A stretch of DNA of 64,000 nt from the NCBI GenBank assembly GCA_013265495.1, contig MU061579.1:5578963-5642962 (forward strand). The letters run 5' to 3'. A model generated the notes under the pieces. The model ran no database searches and was not told where the DNA came from. It worked only from the letters and a program-made list of their open reading frames with translations. This document shows, in pieces, positions 26,732 through 39,638 of this stretch (position 1 is its first letter; the number at the start of each line of letters is the position of its first letter). Origin of the DNA: Vicugna vicugna. Its lineage: Eukaryota. The position numbers and the translations under genes are program-made.

Positions 26732-27879
26732 TGCTAGAGGTCGTTTCCAGATTTTATTCCTTAGATCCTCGGATTCAAATGTTTGAAGCATTTTATTTTG
26801 GAAGTAAAATTTAAAATTCTCTTTAATCCTCTCTGAGGACCGCATAACATATTAACAGTTTTTAATTCTACTACATCATATGTGTATGTTTCTAATTACC
26901 CAAAATAATCAGGGTTTCTGACTGGGAGTATACTAGCCCACCCAGATAATCACTTAAACATAAGTTGCACTTCCCAATTTCCACCTCCCTCCAAAACCAA
27001 GCTTTCATATTTCTATTTAGTAAGTTGAAGAAAACCAGTAAAGCCTTGAAGGAGATCCCTAACCTTGGAAATTGAGCATCTGTCTGCCACGTGGTAGACG
27101 GGTTCTAGCCTGCGAGAGATGAGCTGAGCCAGATTTCTGTTCAGAAGCTAAACTCTACAGGTGTGAATGCTTTCATTTCAGTCTTGCTTGTCAACTACAG
27201 ATTCTTTTTTTTGTTTTTAACAAACTTAGTATCAGTCTTACATACTATGTTCCCAAATTATTAATCACACCACTCCTGATTAAAATTTGCTACTTTGAGC
27301 TGCAGATTATGTATCATTCATCTTGATGAGCAAGTTTGAATATTGGTCTCATGTGGGTCTACTCTGAGAAATTTCTAACTGCATAGTTATTCATATGGTT
27401 ATCATGAGAATACCAACATTACCCCAAAGGCTCAAGCATAGCCCTCTCCCCACAACGTGAACACACACACTCATTAGAATTTAATGTAAAAACCAAATTA
27501 TAAGTCTAACGGATGCACATTATACACACTGTGTAAGTATGTTCTGAAAAGCTGGGATTAAATTTATGAGATTTCTGTATTTAAACAACAAAAATTTCCA
27601 TTTTAAATGCACAATGAAAATAGCAAAAGAAAAGACAGGAATAGAGAGATGTTTCAAATTTTCTGTTTAATTTTATTAACAAAAATAGATTTGATAATAA
27701 AAATTATTGAGTACTATGTCTTTAATTTTAAGTGAAAATTGAAATATTTCTATATTAACCTTACGATATAATCCTTTTATTTGTATTTTTTTGTCTTCTA
27801 CAGTTGTCCACTATCTTGATACACAGAATATGATAAATCTTTTACATTCATTATCTAATTTAAAGCACACAAGAATGTT

Positions 27880-28599
27880 AATATGCCATATCAAGGATAT
27901 CTTCAAAATATATTCAGAATTCAATTATTTCTCTACCCTTACTATCATGATCACAGTCCAAGCAATTGTAACTTCTCACCTAAAACACCTTCATAAACCC
28001 ATACAGGTCTCCTTCTAAAATCCTCAACTCTCTAGAGTCCAGAATTTCCTCAGTGCCTTAAGGTACTGTCTTCAGTTTTTCATTTAAAGTGCATTAGGCA
28101 AAAACTCTGCTCAAAAGATTTCAAAGATTTGTCATCACATTTGGACTAAAATTCAAATGATTTATCATGGCTTATGGTTCATAAAATTTAGTAATGACTA
28201 TTCCACAATTTTCACCATGTTTTTGTCCAAATCTACCATATTTCTTTCCTTAAATAGTCCAACTTTAGTCCGAACTTTGGGTATTTCCAAACATTGCTTT
28301 TCCTGGCTCAAATTTACTTCCAGTATTTTCTCTTACATTTCATTGTAGTTTCTATTCAACTGTTATCTCTTCGGAATGGCCTTATCCAACTACTCTAAAA
28401 TACCTCCCCCAATTCTAATCCCTTTACCTACTTTGCTTTTCTTTTTCCTTGAGAGCACCATGTGATAACTACAATTGTATTATGTATTTATTTAAGTGTA
28501 TGGTAATTTTCTGTCTATCTCTCTGGGATGTAACTCCATGAGGGCAGGAATTTGCCCCCTTTATTCATTGCCATAGCTTTCAGTTGCTTAAAGCATTGC

Positions 28600-28600
<1 letters not shown>
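27880..28600 (+). mobile_element. L2 3' region
   Basis: caaaatatattcagaattcaattatttctc...gtctatctctctgggatgtaactccatgagggcaggaatt...tttattcattgc. Confidence 0.7.
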
Positions 28601-28601
<1 letters not shown>

Positions 28602-28631
<30 letters not shown>

Positions 28632-28636
28632 TGTAT
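28602..28636. repeat. (TATG)n microsatellite
   Basis: Direct reading. Confidence 0.92.
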
Positions 28637-31299
28637 TTAACTCTTATTTTAAGAGACTGTAAAGTAGCCTCTGTTAGTTATGCCACATAAAAATTGTATG
28701 ATTCTGGACAATGTTTATTAAATGTCCAACAAGTCATTTTACATTCATCTGAATTCATGTTCAAAAGAGGGATAAAATATCCTCTTCTTCCTAAACTTGA
28801 TTATAGTAATTAAATGAGAAGGATTATGATATATCTTCTGCTAAACTTGATTATAAGGATTAAATGGTAAAGAAGAGTGTTTTTTCTGATTTCCTAGAAA
28901 GTGGTTGGATCTCCTTAATGACTTTCTTGTCTTTTTCCTTCCTAGTTGACTAGAAACTTGTTGGCACCACAGGTCACATTTTTCTTTTCTTTTTATTCTT
29001 TTTCTTTTTTCTCTCCCAATACTTATCTCAGGCAATGAGTTGACATTAATGATCCTGAGTTACTGGAAGGAGTTTCAAACTTTACTGGGACTGAAACACA
29101 CAGAGTAAACAACAATGCTACTAATTACAAGTCATAAATTAGCACTTTGAAAGTCTGTTTTCTTATCTCGATGCACATGTTTTGATGCTTCTTCCAAGTG
29201 GCTGCCTCTTAGGTGTTCAATGAAAAAGGACCTGAAATTAGTGCAGATTCCCTTGGAACTAAATTGGCAGGATATATTTATCAGAGAATTCACTTTGCAT
29301 GTATTTCAGGTTTATTCACATATATAGCTCAATCATTTGGTTAGCTTGAAAGTTTAATGGGACCCTAAAGTAATTATAGCACAAAATCAAGTCTCAGATA
29401 ATGAACAAGGTGTCAAGTTTACTCTAGGGCTTATGACTATTTCATTTTCCAATTAAAAAGTCTGTAACAGCTCCATTAATTGTATCACTGACTGATGCTC
29501 CAAAAACTTTTATTTTAATTTAAAAGGCAAATCCTATGACAATTTTGTGTATATCACATATAAAAAGAGAGTATTATTTACAGATTTTTAAAGTTTTCAG
29601 ATTTGAATATAATCCTTAAAAATAAATTCTATCATTGTAATTTATATTCATATTTATTAATGTTCTATATTTTTATAGTGATTATATCTTTATAAAGTGA
29701 TGAGCAATTTTCCAAAAATTTATATTCATTATCTCATATTTACCTTAAAACAACCCACTGTGTAGAAAGAGATTGCTATCTTCATTTTGCAATGAGAAGA
29801 CAGGTGGAATAAAGACTCAAGTGATCACCCTATAAGTTTTAAAACCAAGCTTAGAACATAAGTTCACTGTCCTTACTTCAGTCTCTCTTCTTCACTGTTA
29901 GCTGTATTCTACTGACTGTGTGCCAGATGGAAGGAACATACTTTTTGAAGCAAAACAGAGGTAATATTTCTGGGGATGATGTGGATTTCTTATGGACTGA
30001 TGTAAAATGGAAGGAAAAATCATAAGAAGATTATCACAGCACTTGTTGGTAGCTGCGACTATTTTGTGGGGACGAGATGGAACAGGAGGACTCTTTCTAG
30101 GAGCGAAAGGATTAGATGGGGGCACACTCTCCACCCCGAGGAATGGAGGTGTAGATATCGCAGATGGACTTGTCTTATCTAGAGGTCTAGGAGCTCCGGA
30201 TCTTCCTTTTCTCATTAAAAACAAATAAACAAACAAACAAAGAAAACAAAAACAAAAAAACCTACAGTATGTTGTAAATGATCAAGGTAAATCCTTAGGG
30301 CTCACACTTGATATTTTAAGCAGGATGCGTCTTTAACCCTGTAGAGGAAAACATAAGGGTATCTCCTTGTCCACTAAACTGTGAACAATTTGAAGAATTT
30401 CATAAATATATATTTCCATGAGAACTAATGCTGCATAGAGGCATTCAACAAATACTGGTTGAATGAGTGAATGTGATGGCAAATACAAACGAAAAGAGTG
30501 AGATGACAGAAAGGAGAGACTGAAAATAGAGCAGAGAAATTTCTGACTTCCCAACTCCCTCCAGTTGAATACAAAAGGAGACTAATCACTTGCTAAAACT
30601 TGTATCACTATAGTTTCTTCCACGAGGTATGTTTATAAAATAATGAGATTCTCCAAGTCATACACATAAAATTAATTAATTAATCCAGAGTCCTGCTGAG
30701 TAGCATTCGCTTGTATTTTTCATATTTCTGAGTCATAACTTCCTTACAAGTTTGCAAGGAGGAACCCATCATATCCATCCAAGTTCCCCTCAGGATGGAG
30801 TATTCTGTAGGACAGACCCATAATCAGCTTTTAGTCTGGAGAGCAGCAGTTTATAAATGGGTGAGAACTAAACAATTCCATAGGGTTGCTCTAATTAAGA
30901 CTGTATTTTATTGTAGGTCTCTGTAGTAGAAAATGTTCCAGTTAAGTTTCTTTTATGAGCAAGTTAGTTCATTTAAACAAAAGTAGTTTCTTTGTCCTTA
31001 TTTTGAGAATTCAGCAAAATACATTCCCAGTACTCATTCTAAATTGGCAATACCAGAAAGAAAAATGCCTATATTTACATATTTCTAATGCAGTGTGCTA
31101 CTACATTTTATATTCTCTTCTCTTCATATGTAACCTAAAAAGTGTAATAAAGGGCAAATAAAACAAAAAATAGTAATCACTAACATAGAGAAATATTGAA
31201 TGTCCTTTGAATTAAATTTTAGCAAAACGCTATACCACTTATGTACAATTTAAAAGTATGTTATATATTCTTTATGATCATTTGCATAATTAGTAAAAC

Positions 31300-31862
31300 T
31301 GTTGCAGAAGAATAGGTTCTTGCCTCTCGCAGGAAAGAATTCAAGAGCAAGGCATAGTAAAGTGAAAGTAAGTTTATTTAGAGAGATACATACTCCATAG
31401 ACAGAGTGTGGTCCCTCACACTCAGAAGAGGGAGTGGCTTAGATGCACATTCCATAGAGTGAATGTGAGCCATCTCAAAAGGTGTGGGGGGGATTAACAT
31501 AAAGCAAAAGTAGATACACACTCCATTGAAAGAGTGTGGGCCATCTCAGAAGGCAAGAAAGAGCCATGAGGTGTGGAGTTGTTAGTTTTTATAGGCTTAG
31601 TAATTTCATATGCTAGTGAGTAAGAGGATTATTTCTACTATGTTGGGGAAGGGACTGAGGATTTCCAGGAAACACTCCCTCCACTGCCTGCCTTTTGACC
31701 TTTTTGATCAGCCTAGTAACTGTCATGTAGACTATGGGTGTGCCGTGAGGCTAAAGGTCTACTGAAGTTGAATCTTCTGCCGTCTTGGTTCTTGTTGGTC
31801 CTGCCCTCAGTTGCTGTGTCATTCCTTCAGTGGTTGTGCCCTGTCCCTTCCCTCCTGTCTCA
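31300..31862 (-). mobile_element. ERV1-class solo LTR (563 bp)
   Basis: TG...CA termini (the minus strand starts tgagacaggagggaagggacag). AATAAA on the minus strand near 31374-31379. Flanks aaac / aaat are a 4-bp TSD with one mismatch. Three internal copies of an agatacacactccatagacagagtgtgg-like motif. Interrupts an older L1-like 3' fragment. Confidence 0.82.
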
Positions 31863-32193
31863 AAATTACAAATAACTGGGAGGAAGAGATGATCAAATAC
31901 ATTAGGATGTTAATTACTTCTGTGGAGTAAGGGAGGAGACTAGGATGTCTGTATTTGGAGGGAGGCATGGATCTTCAGTGCAATCTATGATGCTTTATTT
32001 CCCCCTCCAAATGAATCATAAGCATGTATGTAAAAGGTTTATATTTGTTGCACAAATGGGTTTCCCTGAGCTTGTTACTCTCTTATTTTCTGTTCTTTTT
32101 ACATTGTTCATAATTATTACAATAATTAAATTAACTAGTATAAAAATATATTGGCAAGATTATGTTATAAATGTAGATACTTCCCTGCCCTAT

Positions 32194-32610
32194 TGTAATT
32201 GTCAGGGTTCTCCAAAGCAAATAACCAATAGAATATATGTAGCAATATAGAAAGAGATTTATTAAAAGGGCTTAGTTCATGATTTTATTGAGGTAGAGAA
32301 GTCCCATGAACTGCCATATGCAAGCCAGAGAACCGGGAGCCCCAGTGTTTGAGAGAAGAAGATAGATGAATGTCCCAGCTGAAACAAAGAGCAAATTCAC
32401 CCTTCTCCCATGTTTTTGTTCTGTAAAGTTGTACTCAGACCCTCTGTGGATTGAATGATGACCACTTGCATTGATGAGGGTGATCTCAGTCTACAAATTC
32501 AAACACTAATTTCTTCCAGAAACACCCTCACAGACATACCTAGAAATAAAGTTTTATCAGCTCCATGGGTAGCCCTTTGCCCTGCTAAGTTTACACATGA
32601 AATGGACATT
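32194..32610 (-). mobile_element. MLT2-type (ERVL) solo LTR
   Basis: gtcagggttctccaaagcaaataaccaatag...gagatttatt...cttccagaaacaccctcacagacatacctagaaataa; homologous to 4715-5209. Confidence 0.82.
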
Positions 32611-32684
32611 TATAAACTAATGTTTTTTTAGGTATGTAGCAAAATATACAAATAATAATAAAACACTGTCTCAACAATTAAGCA

Positions 32685-32732
32685 AGACAGATAGATAGAT
32701 AGACAGATAGACAGACAGACAGATAGATAGAT
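32685..32732. repeat. (GATA/GACA)n compound microsatellite
   Basis: Direct reading. Confidence 0.9.
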
Positions 32733-33037
32733 ATCATCCATACTGTGAATTAGATATCTAGAAGTTGTGCTAAATGAATGCCAAAGAGAGCATTTTAGTA
32801 AAAGTAAGAAACCATTCAGAAGGTTGGTGGGCTTCAGAAGAGGAAAAAATCTTGGGGAAAATATTTTTGATATTAAAAATTTAGAAAGCACCACTTTTAT
32901 AATATTCAAGCAGCTAGCTGTCTCAGAAATAGATTTTTTTTCTGGCAACATTAAAATAAAGTATAGATTACTTTATTTCTGTTCTTAATAATATTCAAAA
33001 AGAACATTGCATCAGTGAAAATATAGAAAGCCTTTGA

Positions 33038-36000
33038 TAGGTGACCAAGATTGCAAAGTAGGAAGATCCTGAGCTCACCTCCTCACATAGGCACACCAAA
33101 ATTACAGCTATTTACAGAGCAACCGTCAATGAGAACAACATGAAGACTAGCAGAAAATATCACCTATAACTAAGGATGTAAAAGAGGAATCACAACAAGA
33201 CACATGAGTGGAGTGGAGATGTGGTCCTTAGTCAAGACCTACACCCTCAGTAGGCAACCCACAAGCGGAAGGATAATCACAATTACAGAGGTTCTCCCCA
33301 AGGACTGATGGGTCTGAGCCCCAGAAGACTCCCAAGCCCAAGGATCCTGCACTGGGAAGATGAATCCCCTAGAATATTGCTTCGAAGGCAAACAGGGCGT
33401 GATTTCAGGAGAGCCAGAGGGCATCAAGAAATAGACTCTCCATTTAAAGGGAGCACACAAAATCTTAGATGCTCTGAGACTCAGGGCAGAAGAAGTAATT
33501 TGAAAGGAACCTGGTTCAGACCCACTTGTTAATTCTGCAGAGCCTCCCAAGAGGTGTGAGACAGTTGAGACTCATCCTGGGGACATAGACACTGGCGGCA
33601 GCCATTCTGGGGAGCTCATTCTATCATAGGGACACTGGTGTTGGCAATGCCATTTTGGAATCCTCCCTCTAGCATATTAGCACCAGGACTCAGTCCTGGG
33701 ACAACCCAGGCCAAGCAGCCAGCTGTGCAGAGACGTAGCATCACCTGTGAGCAGGCATGCAGCACCTGTTGATCCTTTTGAATCCCTCAACCTCCCTGGG
33801 ACCTGGCCCTGCTCACCAGAGAGCCCAGAATCTGGCTTCACCCACCATTGAGCAAACATCAGCTCTAGGACACCTTAGACCTTCTGCAGCAAGCCAATGC
33901 AGGACTTGGTTTTGCCCACTAGTAGGCTGGAGCTAGCCTCTAGACCCAGCCTCATTTACCAGCAGGACCCACCTGGCCCCAGCCATGCCTACCAGTAAAC
34001 TGACATCAGCTGTGGGACCCCCTGGGGCTCACAGTCAGTCATGCCAGAATCAGGGCCCACCCACCATCAACTGGCAACCTCTGCACTAAGCAGGGCCTGG
34101 CAACATACCAGGCTGGAGAACAGTCATCTTATTAGAACAGCCATAGTAGCTGTCCCTACTACAACAGAAACACAGCTCACATACACCGTGATACTAAAAC
34201 AACACAAAAATAATACATACACTCAAATTATAGGCCAGTGTCTTTGATAAACATAGATACAAAAAACCTCAGCAAAATATTAGCAAACCAAATTCAACAT
34301 TACATTAAATGGATCATACTCTAAGATTAACTGTGAATTTATCCCAGGGATGTAAGGATGGTTCAATACCTGCAAATCAGTCAGTGTGATACACCACATT
34401 AACAAACTGAAGAATAAAAATCATATAATCATCTCAACAGATGCAGAAAAAAGCTTTTGACATAATTCAACATCCATTTATGATAACTTTTCACAATGTG
34501 AACATAAAGGGAATATACCTCAATATGATAAGGGCCATATATGACAAGCCCATAGTTAAGATCATACTCAGTGGAGAAAATTTCAAAGCATTTCCTCTAA
34601 GATCAGAAATAAGACAGGGGTGCCCATTCTCACCACTTTTATCCAAAATAGTATTGGCAGTCCTAGAGACAGCAATCAGGTAAGAAAAAGAAGTAAAAGA
34701 TGTCCAAATTGGAAAGGAAGAAGTAAAACTGTCACCATTTGCAGATCATGTGATACTACATATAGAAAATCCTAAAGACTTCATCAAAAACCAATTAGAA
34801 CTCATTAATGAATCCAGTAAATTTGAGTTGATGGATATAAAATTAACTTACAGAAATGATTTTTTTCTAAACACTAACAACAAATTATCACAAGGAGAAA
34901 TTAATGAAACAATTCAATTTACAATTCATGAAAAAGAATAAAATACCTAGGAATAAATACAACTAAAGAGGTAAAAGACCTGTACTCAGAAAACAGTAAG
35001 ACACTGATGAAAGAAATTGAAGATGACAGAAACAGATGGAAAAATATATTGTGCTCACAGATTGAAAGAATTTATGTTATTAAAATGACTGTCTACCCAA
35101 GGCAATCTACACATTGAATGCAGTCCCCAGTAAAATAGCAATGACATTTTTCACAGAACTAGAACAAATAATTCTAAAATTTGTATGGAAACACAAAAGA
35201 TCCCAAATAGTCAAGACAATCTTGAAAAGAAGAACAAAGCTGGCGGTAGAATGTTCCCTGATTTCAAACTATACTACAAACCTACAGTAATCAAAACACT
35301 ATGGTACTGACACAAAACAGACAAATGAATCAGTGGAACAGAATAAAGAGCCCAGAAATGAACCCACACTTACATGGTCAATTAATCTATGATAAAGGAA
35401 GCAAAAATGTACAATAAGGAAAAAACATCCTCTTCAATAAATGGTGCAGGGAAAACTGGACAGCTACATTCAAAATAGTCATACTAGACTACATTCTCAT
35501 ACCATATACCAAAGTAAAAGTGGATTAAAGACTTAAATGTAAGTTCTGAAACCCTAAATCTCTCAAAGAAAACATAACCAGTGTGCTCTTTGACAGTGGT
35601 CTTAGTAATGGTTTTTGGACCTGTCTCTTCCAGGCAAGAGGAATATAAGGGAAAGTAAACAAACAGGACTACATCAAACATTAATGCTGTTGTCTGTTAT
35701 ATATGAAAAATTTTAAGAGTAAACCGTAAATGTTTTCATCACAAGGAAAAAAGATTTTTCTTTTTCTTTTATTTTCTATCTATATGAGATGATGGTTGTT
35801 CACTAAACTGATAGTGGTAATCATTCCATGATATATTTAAGTCAAACATATATGCTATACACCTTATATTTATTCAGTGCTCTATGTCAGTTATTTGGTT
35901 TTTGTTTGTTTCATTTTGTTTAAGGGGAAGTAATTAGGTTTCTTTATGTATTTTTAATGAATTTTTTAATTTTATTTTTTAGTGGAGGTACTGGAGGTAC

Positions 36001-36106
36001 TAAGGATTGAATCCAGGACCCCGTGTATGCTAGGCATGCCCTCTACTACTGAGCTATACCCCCACATGTCAATTATATTTCAATAAATCTAGAAGAAAGA
36101 AAATAT
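33038..36106 (+). mobile_element. Internally deleted L1: 5' UTR, central ORF2 (RT region) and 3' tail
   Basis: Start gaccaagattgcaaagtaggaagatcctgagctcacctcc is L1 5'-UTR-like. From ~34225 decayed ORF2 appears ([37 protein letters not shown] at ~34738), ending ~35680. The 3' tail ~35690-36100 contains caataaa. Degenerate TSD at 33022-33034 and 36107-36119. Confidence 0.85.
35897..36065 (-). mobile_element. tRNA-derived SINE, Vic-1-like (camelid), inserted in an L1 3' tail
   Basis: Minus strand gggggtatagctcagtagtagagggcatgcctagcatacacggggtcctggattcaatcc (A and B boxes)...aaacctaattacttcccc. TSD atgtcagttattt (35884-35896) and atgtcaattattt (36066-36078). Confidence 0.88.
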
Positions 36107-36458
36107 TATAAAAGGCCTTCTAAAAAAGATAACATTTTAAGACAAAGATCACAGGTAAATGAAAAGCATGTTTGTAGAATTTAAAACCACAGTGGACAAT
36201 CTTTAAGCTTTAAATTATTAAAAAGAATTTTGAATTTACTTAGATGGTGATAATAGAAGAAATTTTCACATATTAAAGTATGGGGAAGTCATTCTGGATT
36301 ATACATGATTTAACTTGAGCTTTAGGTTAATCAAAACAGTCGATTGTGTCCTATTAAACATGCATTGTACATCTACTTTTAACATTAAAGAGAGGAACGC
36401 ATTTAAAAATCAAAATGGAGTAACTGTGGTTCAGGCATTCAGAATGGAGCGGGGTGAT

Positions 36459-36860
36459 CATTGTGGATCTGTTTTCACACACTTTTCTGTATTACTGAGA
36501 ACTAGAATATTCTGACCTGTATCAGACTCAAGGACACCACCAGCCATTCTCAAAATATTACCTGCTAGTATCTGCAGAGTTACAGTCTCAAGATCACCCC
36601 TGGTAACCATGCAGCCATTTCAGATCCCAGCAAATCCTTGCTTAACAAGCACCCTTAAATCTTGCCAGCTTCAATTCTTGACAGAAGAACTTAGGTAATT
36701 TTTCAGTTGTTGCTTTTATAAGCCTCCCCATTTTGTGGTCCAGCAGAAAACAGTTCAAGTGCTTCTTTAATCTGTGTCCCCAGCATACAGTCCTCAGTCT
36801 GGCTCAAATAAAACTCTTCTATACCTATTACAGATTGTTTAGTGATTATTACTGTTGACA
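36459..36860 (+). mobile_element. Probable ERV solo LTR
   Basis: TATA-like tttataag near 36715, aaataaaactcttc at ~36806, and a ...gttgaca end. gtgat flanks both sides (36454-36458, 36861-36865), but the left end lacks a clean TG. Confidence 0.6.
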
Positions 36861-37049
36861 GTGATATTTCAAGTAATTTAAAAAATCTTCCTAGCTATCT
36901 GTAGTTCCATGATATTTGGTAATTAAATAGCACTTCTACAATCAGACAAAATAATGTTTTATTGGAAGTAAATACTTCTCTCGCAGAATTTGTCTGAATT
37001 TTAAATGAGCACATGTTCATAAAAGACACCTGCTAGATAAGAGATGGCT

Positions 37050-37310
37050 ATATAAAATCAATAGAGAATTGCAGTAAAAACTTTGGACTATCTGATTACA
37101 AAGACTTGAATTCAAACCCAAACTCTTCATCTTTCTATCATGTTACCTTGAGCTAGTGATTTAATCTCCCTTGGCTTCATTGTCCCATTGGTAAGATGAG
37201 TATAACGAGAGAATCCATCTTGTAGGGTTTGGTGAAGATTAAAGAAGCTAATTCTCTTAGAGCAGGGCTTGACTTAGCTGAAGTGCTTTATAATCAATAA
37301 CTATTAGTTT
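37050..37310 (+). mobile_element. MIR SINE
   Basis: ctttggactatc...gacttgaattcaaaccca...gttaccttgagctagtgatttaatctccc...gtaagatgag...taactattag. Confidence 0.75.
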
Positions 37311-38035
37311 TTGTCAAAAGATAGAGGTAAGAAACAAAAAGCATCTCTATAAACTATCTAGTTCACCTCAAAAGAAAGAAAAGTCATTGTAAATGATTTT
37401 GTGACACGAAAAGCATCATCAGTCATAAAATTGCTAAATCCAATAATAGGTGAAATGGGGTTAAGTCCGCTTCAATCTGATTGTCTATCCACTTTAGGTC
37501 TTTTCTGGTAGAATGTTCCCTTTACATCCAGTCACTAGGTAAGTTCATTTACACAAGCAGTATTTCTTTCAAAGATTTCATGAGTGAACATAAACTTTTC
37601 GAAGGCAAAGACTTGTTACATTTGGCTATTTTGCAATCATTAAAAGGAAATTGCCTAAGTGGAAACTTAAGTTATATATACAATAAACTGTTACTTGCTT
37701 TGTAGAAAACACGAGGAAGCCATATTAAAACAAACATAATATCCCTTTATAGACAGCTATTTTCCACATGTATACACACACATACACATTTATAAGTCAA
37801 GAAATGTGTAGCAGTGTGTCCTGGATCTTTTGCTGGTGAACAACAGGACTTGTTTTGCACTGAAAGAACTAGTTGGGGAATTTAGTAGCTCCATGAAGCA
37901 GGGTTGCACCTCTTTGTTGTTTGTTCTGTTGTTTGATTTTTCCCCTTGAGATATCATGACCCAGGAAATTTATCAACTGTATGTAACAAATATTTTAAAT
38001 TTATTTTTCTTTTTTTAAAACTCACACATACATCT

Positions 38036-38172
38036 TCTTTATTTTTTCTTTTTTTTTGGGGGGGAGAGGTAATTAGGTTTATTTTATTTAATTTTCTAGG
38101 AGGTACTGAGGGTTGAACCCAGGACCTCACACATGTTAAGCATGTGCTCCACCGCTTGAACTGTACTCTCCC
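38036..38172 (-). mobile_element. tRNA-derived SINE, Vic-1-like
   Basis: Minus strand gggagagtacagttcaagcggtggagcacatgcttaacatgtgtgaggtcctgggttcaaccctcagtacctcc...aaacctaattacctctccccc followed by an A tail. Confidence 0.88.
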
Positions 38173-38229
38173 GCCAGCAAACATTTTTATAAGAAACAAT
38201 CCAACATGAGATGCATTCTGTTATTTATT

Positions 38230-38676
38230 TATTTATTTTTATTGTTAATTTTTGTTTATATGTATTTTTATTTAAGTTTAGTCAGTTTACAATGTGTCAA
38301 TTTCTAATGTACAGCATAATGTTTCAGTCATACATAAATATACACATATTGGTTTTCATATTCTTTTCACCATAAGTTACTACAACATATTGAATATAGT
38401 TCCTTGTGGTATGCAGTATAAATTTATTTATCTATTTTATATATATTAGTATCTGCAAATCTCAAACTCCCAATTTATCTCTTCCTACCCTCTTCCCACT
38501 CTGGTAACCATAAGTTTATTTTCTATGTCTGTGAGTCTATTTCTGTTTTGAAAATAAGTTTGTCTTTTTTTTTTAGATTCCACATATAAATGATATCATA
38601 TGGTATTTTTCTTTCTCTTTCTGGCTTATTTAACTTAGAATGCCATTTGCAGCAACATAGATGGACCTGGAGATTG
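38230..38676 (-). mobile_element. 5'-truncated L1 with ~36-bp 5' inversion and 17-bp TSD
   Basis: Antisense L1 3' UTR at 38230-38640, then opposite-orientation tgccatttgcagcaacatagatggacctggagatt (38641-38676). TSD gcattctgttatttatt (38213-38229) and gcattccattatttatt (38677-38693). Confidence 0.92.
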
Positions 38677-39584
38677 GCATTCCATTATTTATTAACTCAA
38701 TGCTACTTTAATTCTTTTTAAATGTAACCTGCACCCCACTAGGTTGATTTCATAAGCCAATAATGTATCATTTTAGGTATTAATAATCCTAAGGTATGGA
38801 TATGTCAATGTGTTTAAGAGGCTCCCAACTAAAAGGTATGTCTGTAGCCTAGAATCCCTCTCGGTACCTGGATATTCATTTATTTGTTCATTCCTCATAG
38901 ACAGTTACTGAATACCACTAAGTACTTCAGTCCAGAAGTCACAGATAGAGCATCAAAAAATGTACAGTTTTCTTTACAGAGGCTTACCTTATGTAGATAT
39001 TACTACAAGTTCCTACTTTCTTCACCAAGAACCCAATATCAGTGTTATATGTCAATTATATCTCAATAAATCTGGGGAGGAAAAAGAAAATAAAGTTAAA
39101 ACTATTTAAATATAAGACTGAAATAACCCAAGTTATTTTCTTAATTAAGGGAAGAGTGTAAAACTCACTCTAATACATTTCACTTGTGGAGAAAGAGACA
39201 CAGCTTGAATTTTCTTTTCTGGAGAAAAACAAGCTAAAATATAGCCATGCTGGGAAAGAAGAGAGTGGAGGGCACCTGCTTTTTCTTGAGTCATGGAATC
39301 AGGATCTCTACTAGGGCCTCCAGGTAGATGAAGGGTTCACTAAGTTTTCCCTTTTGTTTCCTTAGCTGAACCCTGAGATATTTGGTTTGATGTTGATCAG
39401 ATTATTTGCATAAAACTGTCAATTTGCTTAATTAACATTTAACATAATAGTATGCATATGGGAAGGATGAAGCGTCATTAGAATTTTATTTGATTATAAA
39501 CTGTAGTTCTGAAAAAAGTTGTCTTAATCTATTATTCATACCACCATATTCTTCACAACTTTAGCAATTTGAAGGGAATAGTGA

Positions 39585-39638
39585 TAAGCACTGTAGTATA
39601 TGCTCTAGTGTAAGCACTGTAGTATATGCTCTAGTGTA
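39585..39638. repeat. Perfect 26-bp tandem duplication
   Basis: taagcactgtagtatatgctctagtg occurs twice head to tail (39585-39610, 39611-39636). Confidence 0.95.

Noticed and set aside
29898..30236. Overlapping antisense ORFs with a few CpGs
   Set aside because: No recognisable domain or splice signals, and the region is too short and CpG-poor for an island.
34225..35680. Active reverse transcriptase ORF
   Set aside because: The L1 ORF2 remnant is broken into pieces of 80 aa or less by stops and frameshifts, and the catalytic FADD motif reads FADH.
35985..36065. tRNA genes at the three A-box/B-box elements
   Set aside because: They carry SINE-specific 3' bodies and A tails, two have clear TSDs, and the stems are degenerate, so they are SINEs.
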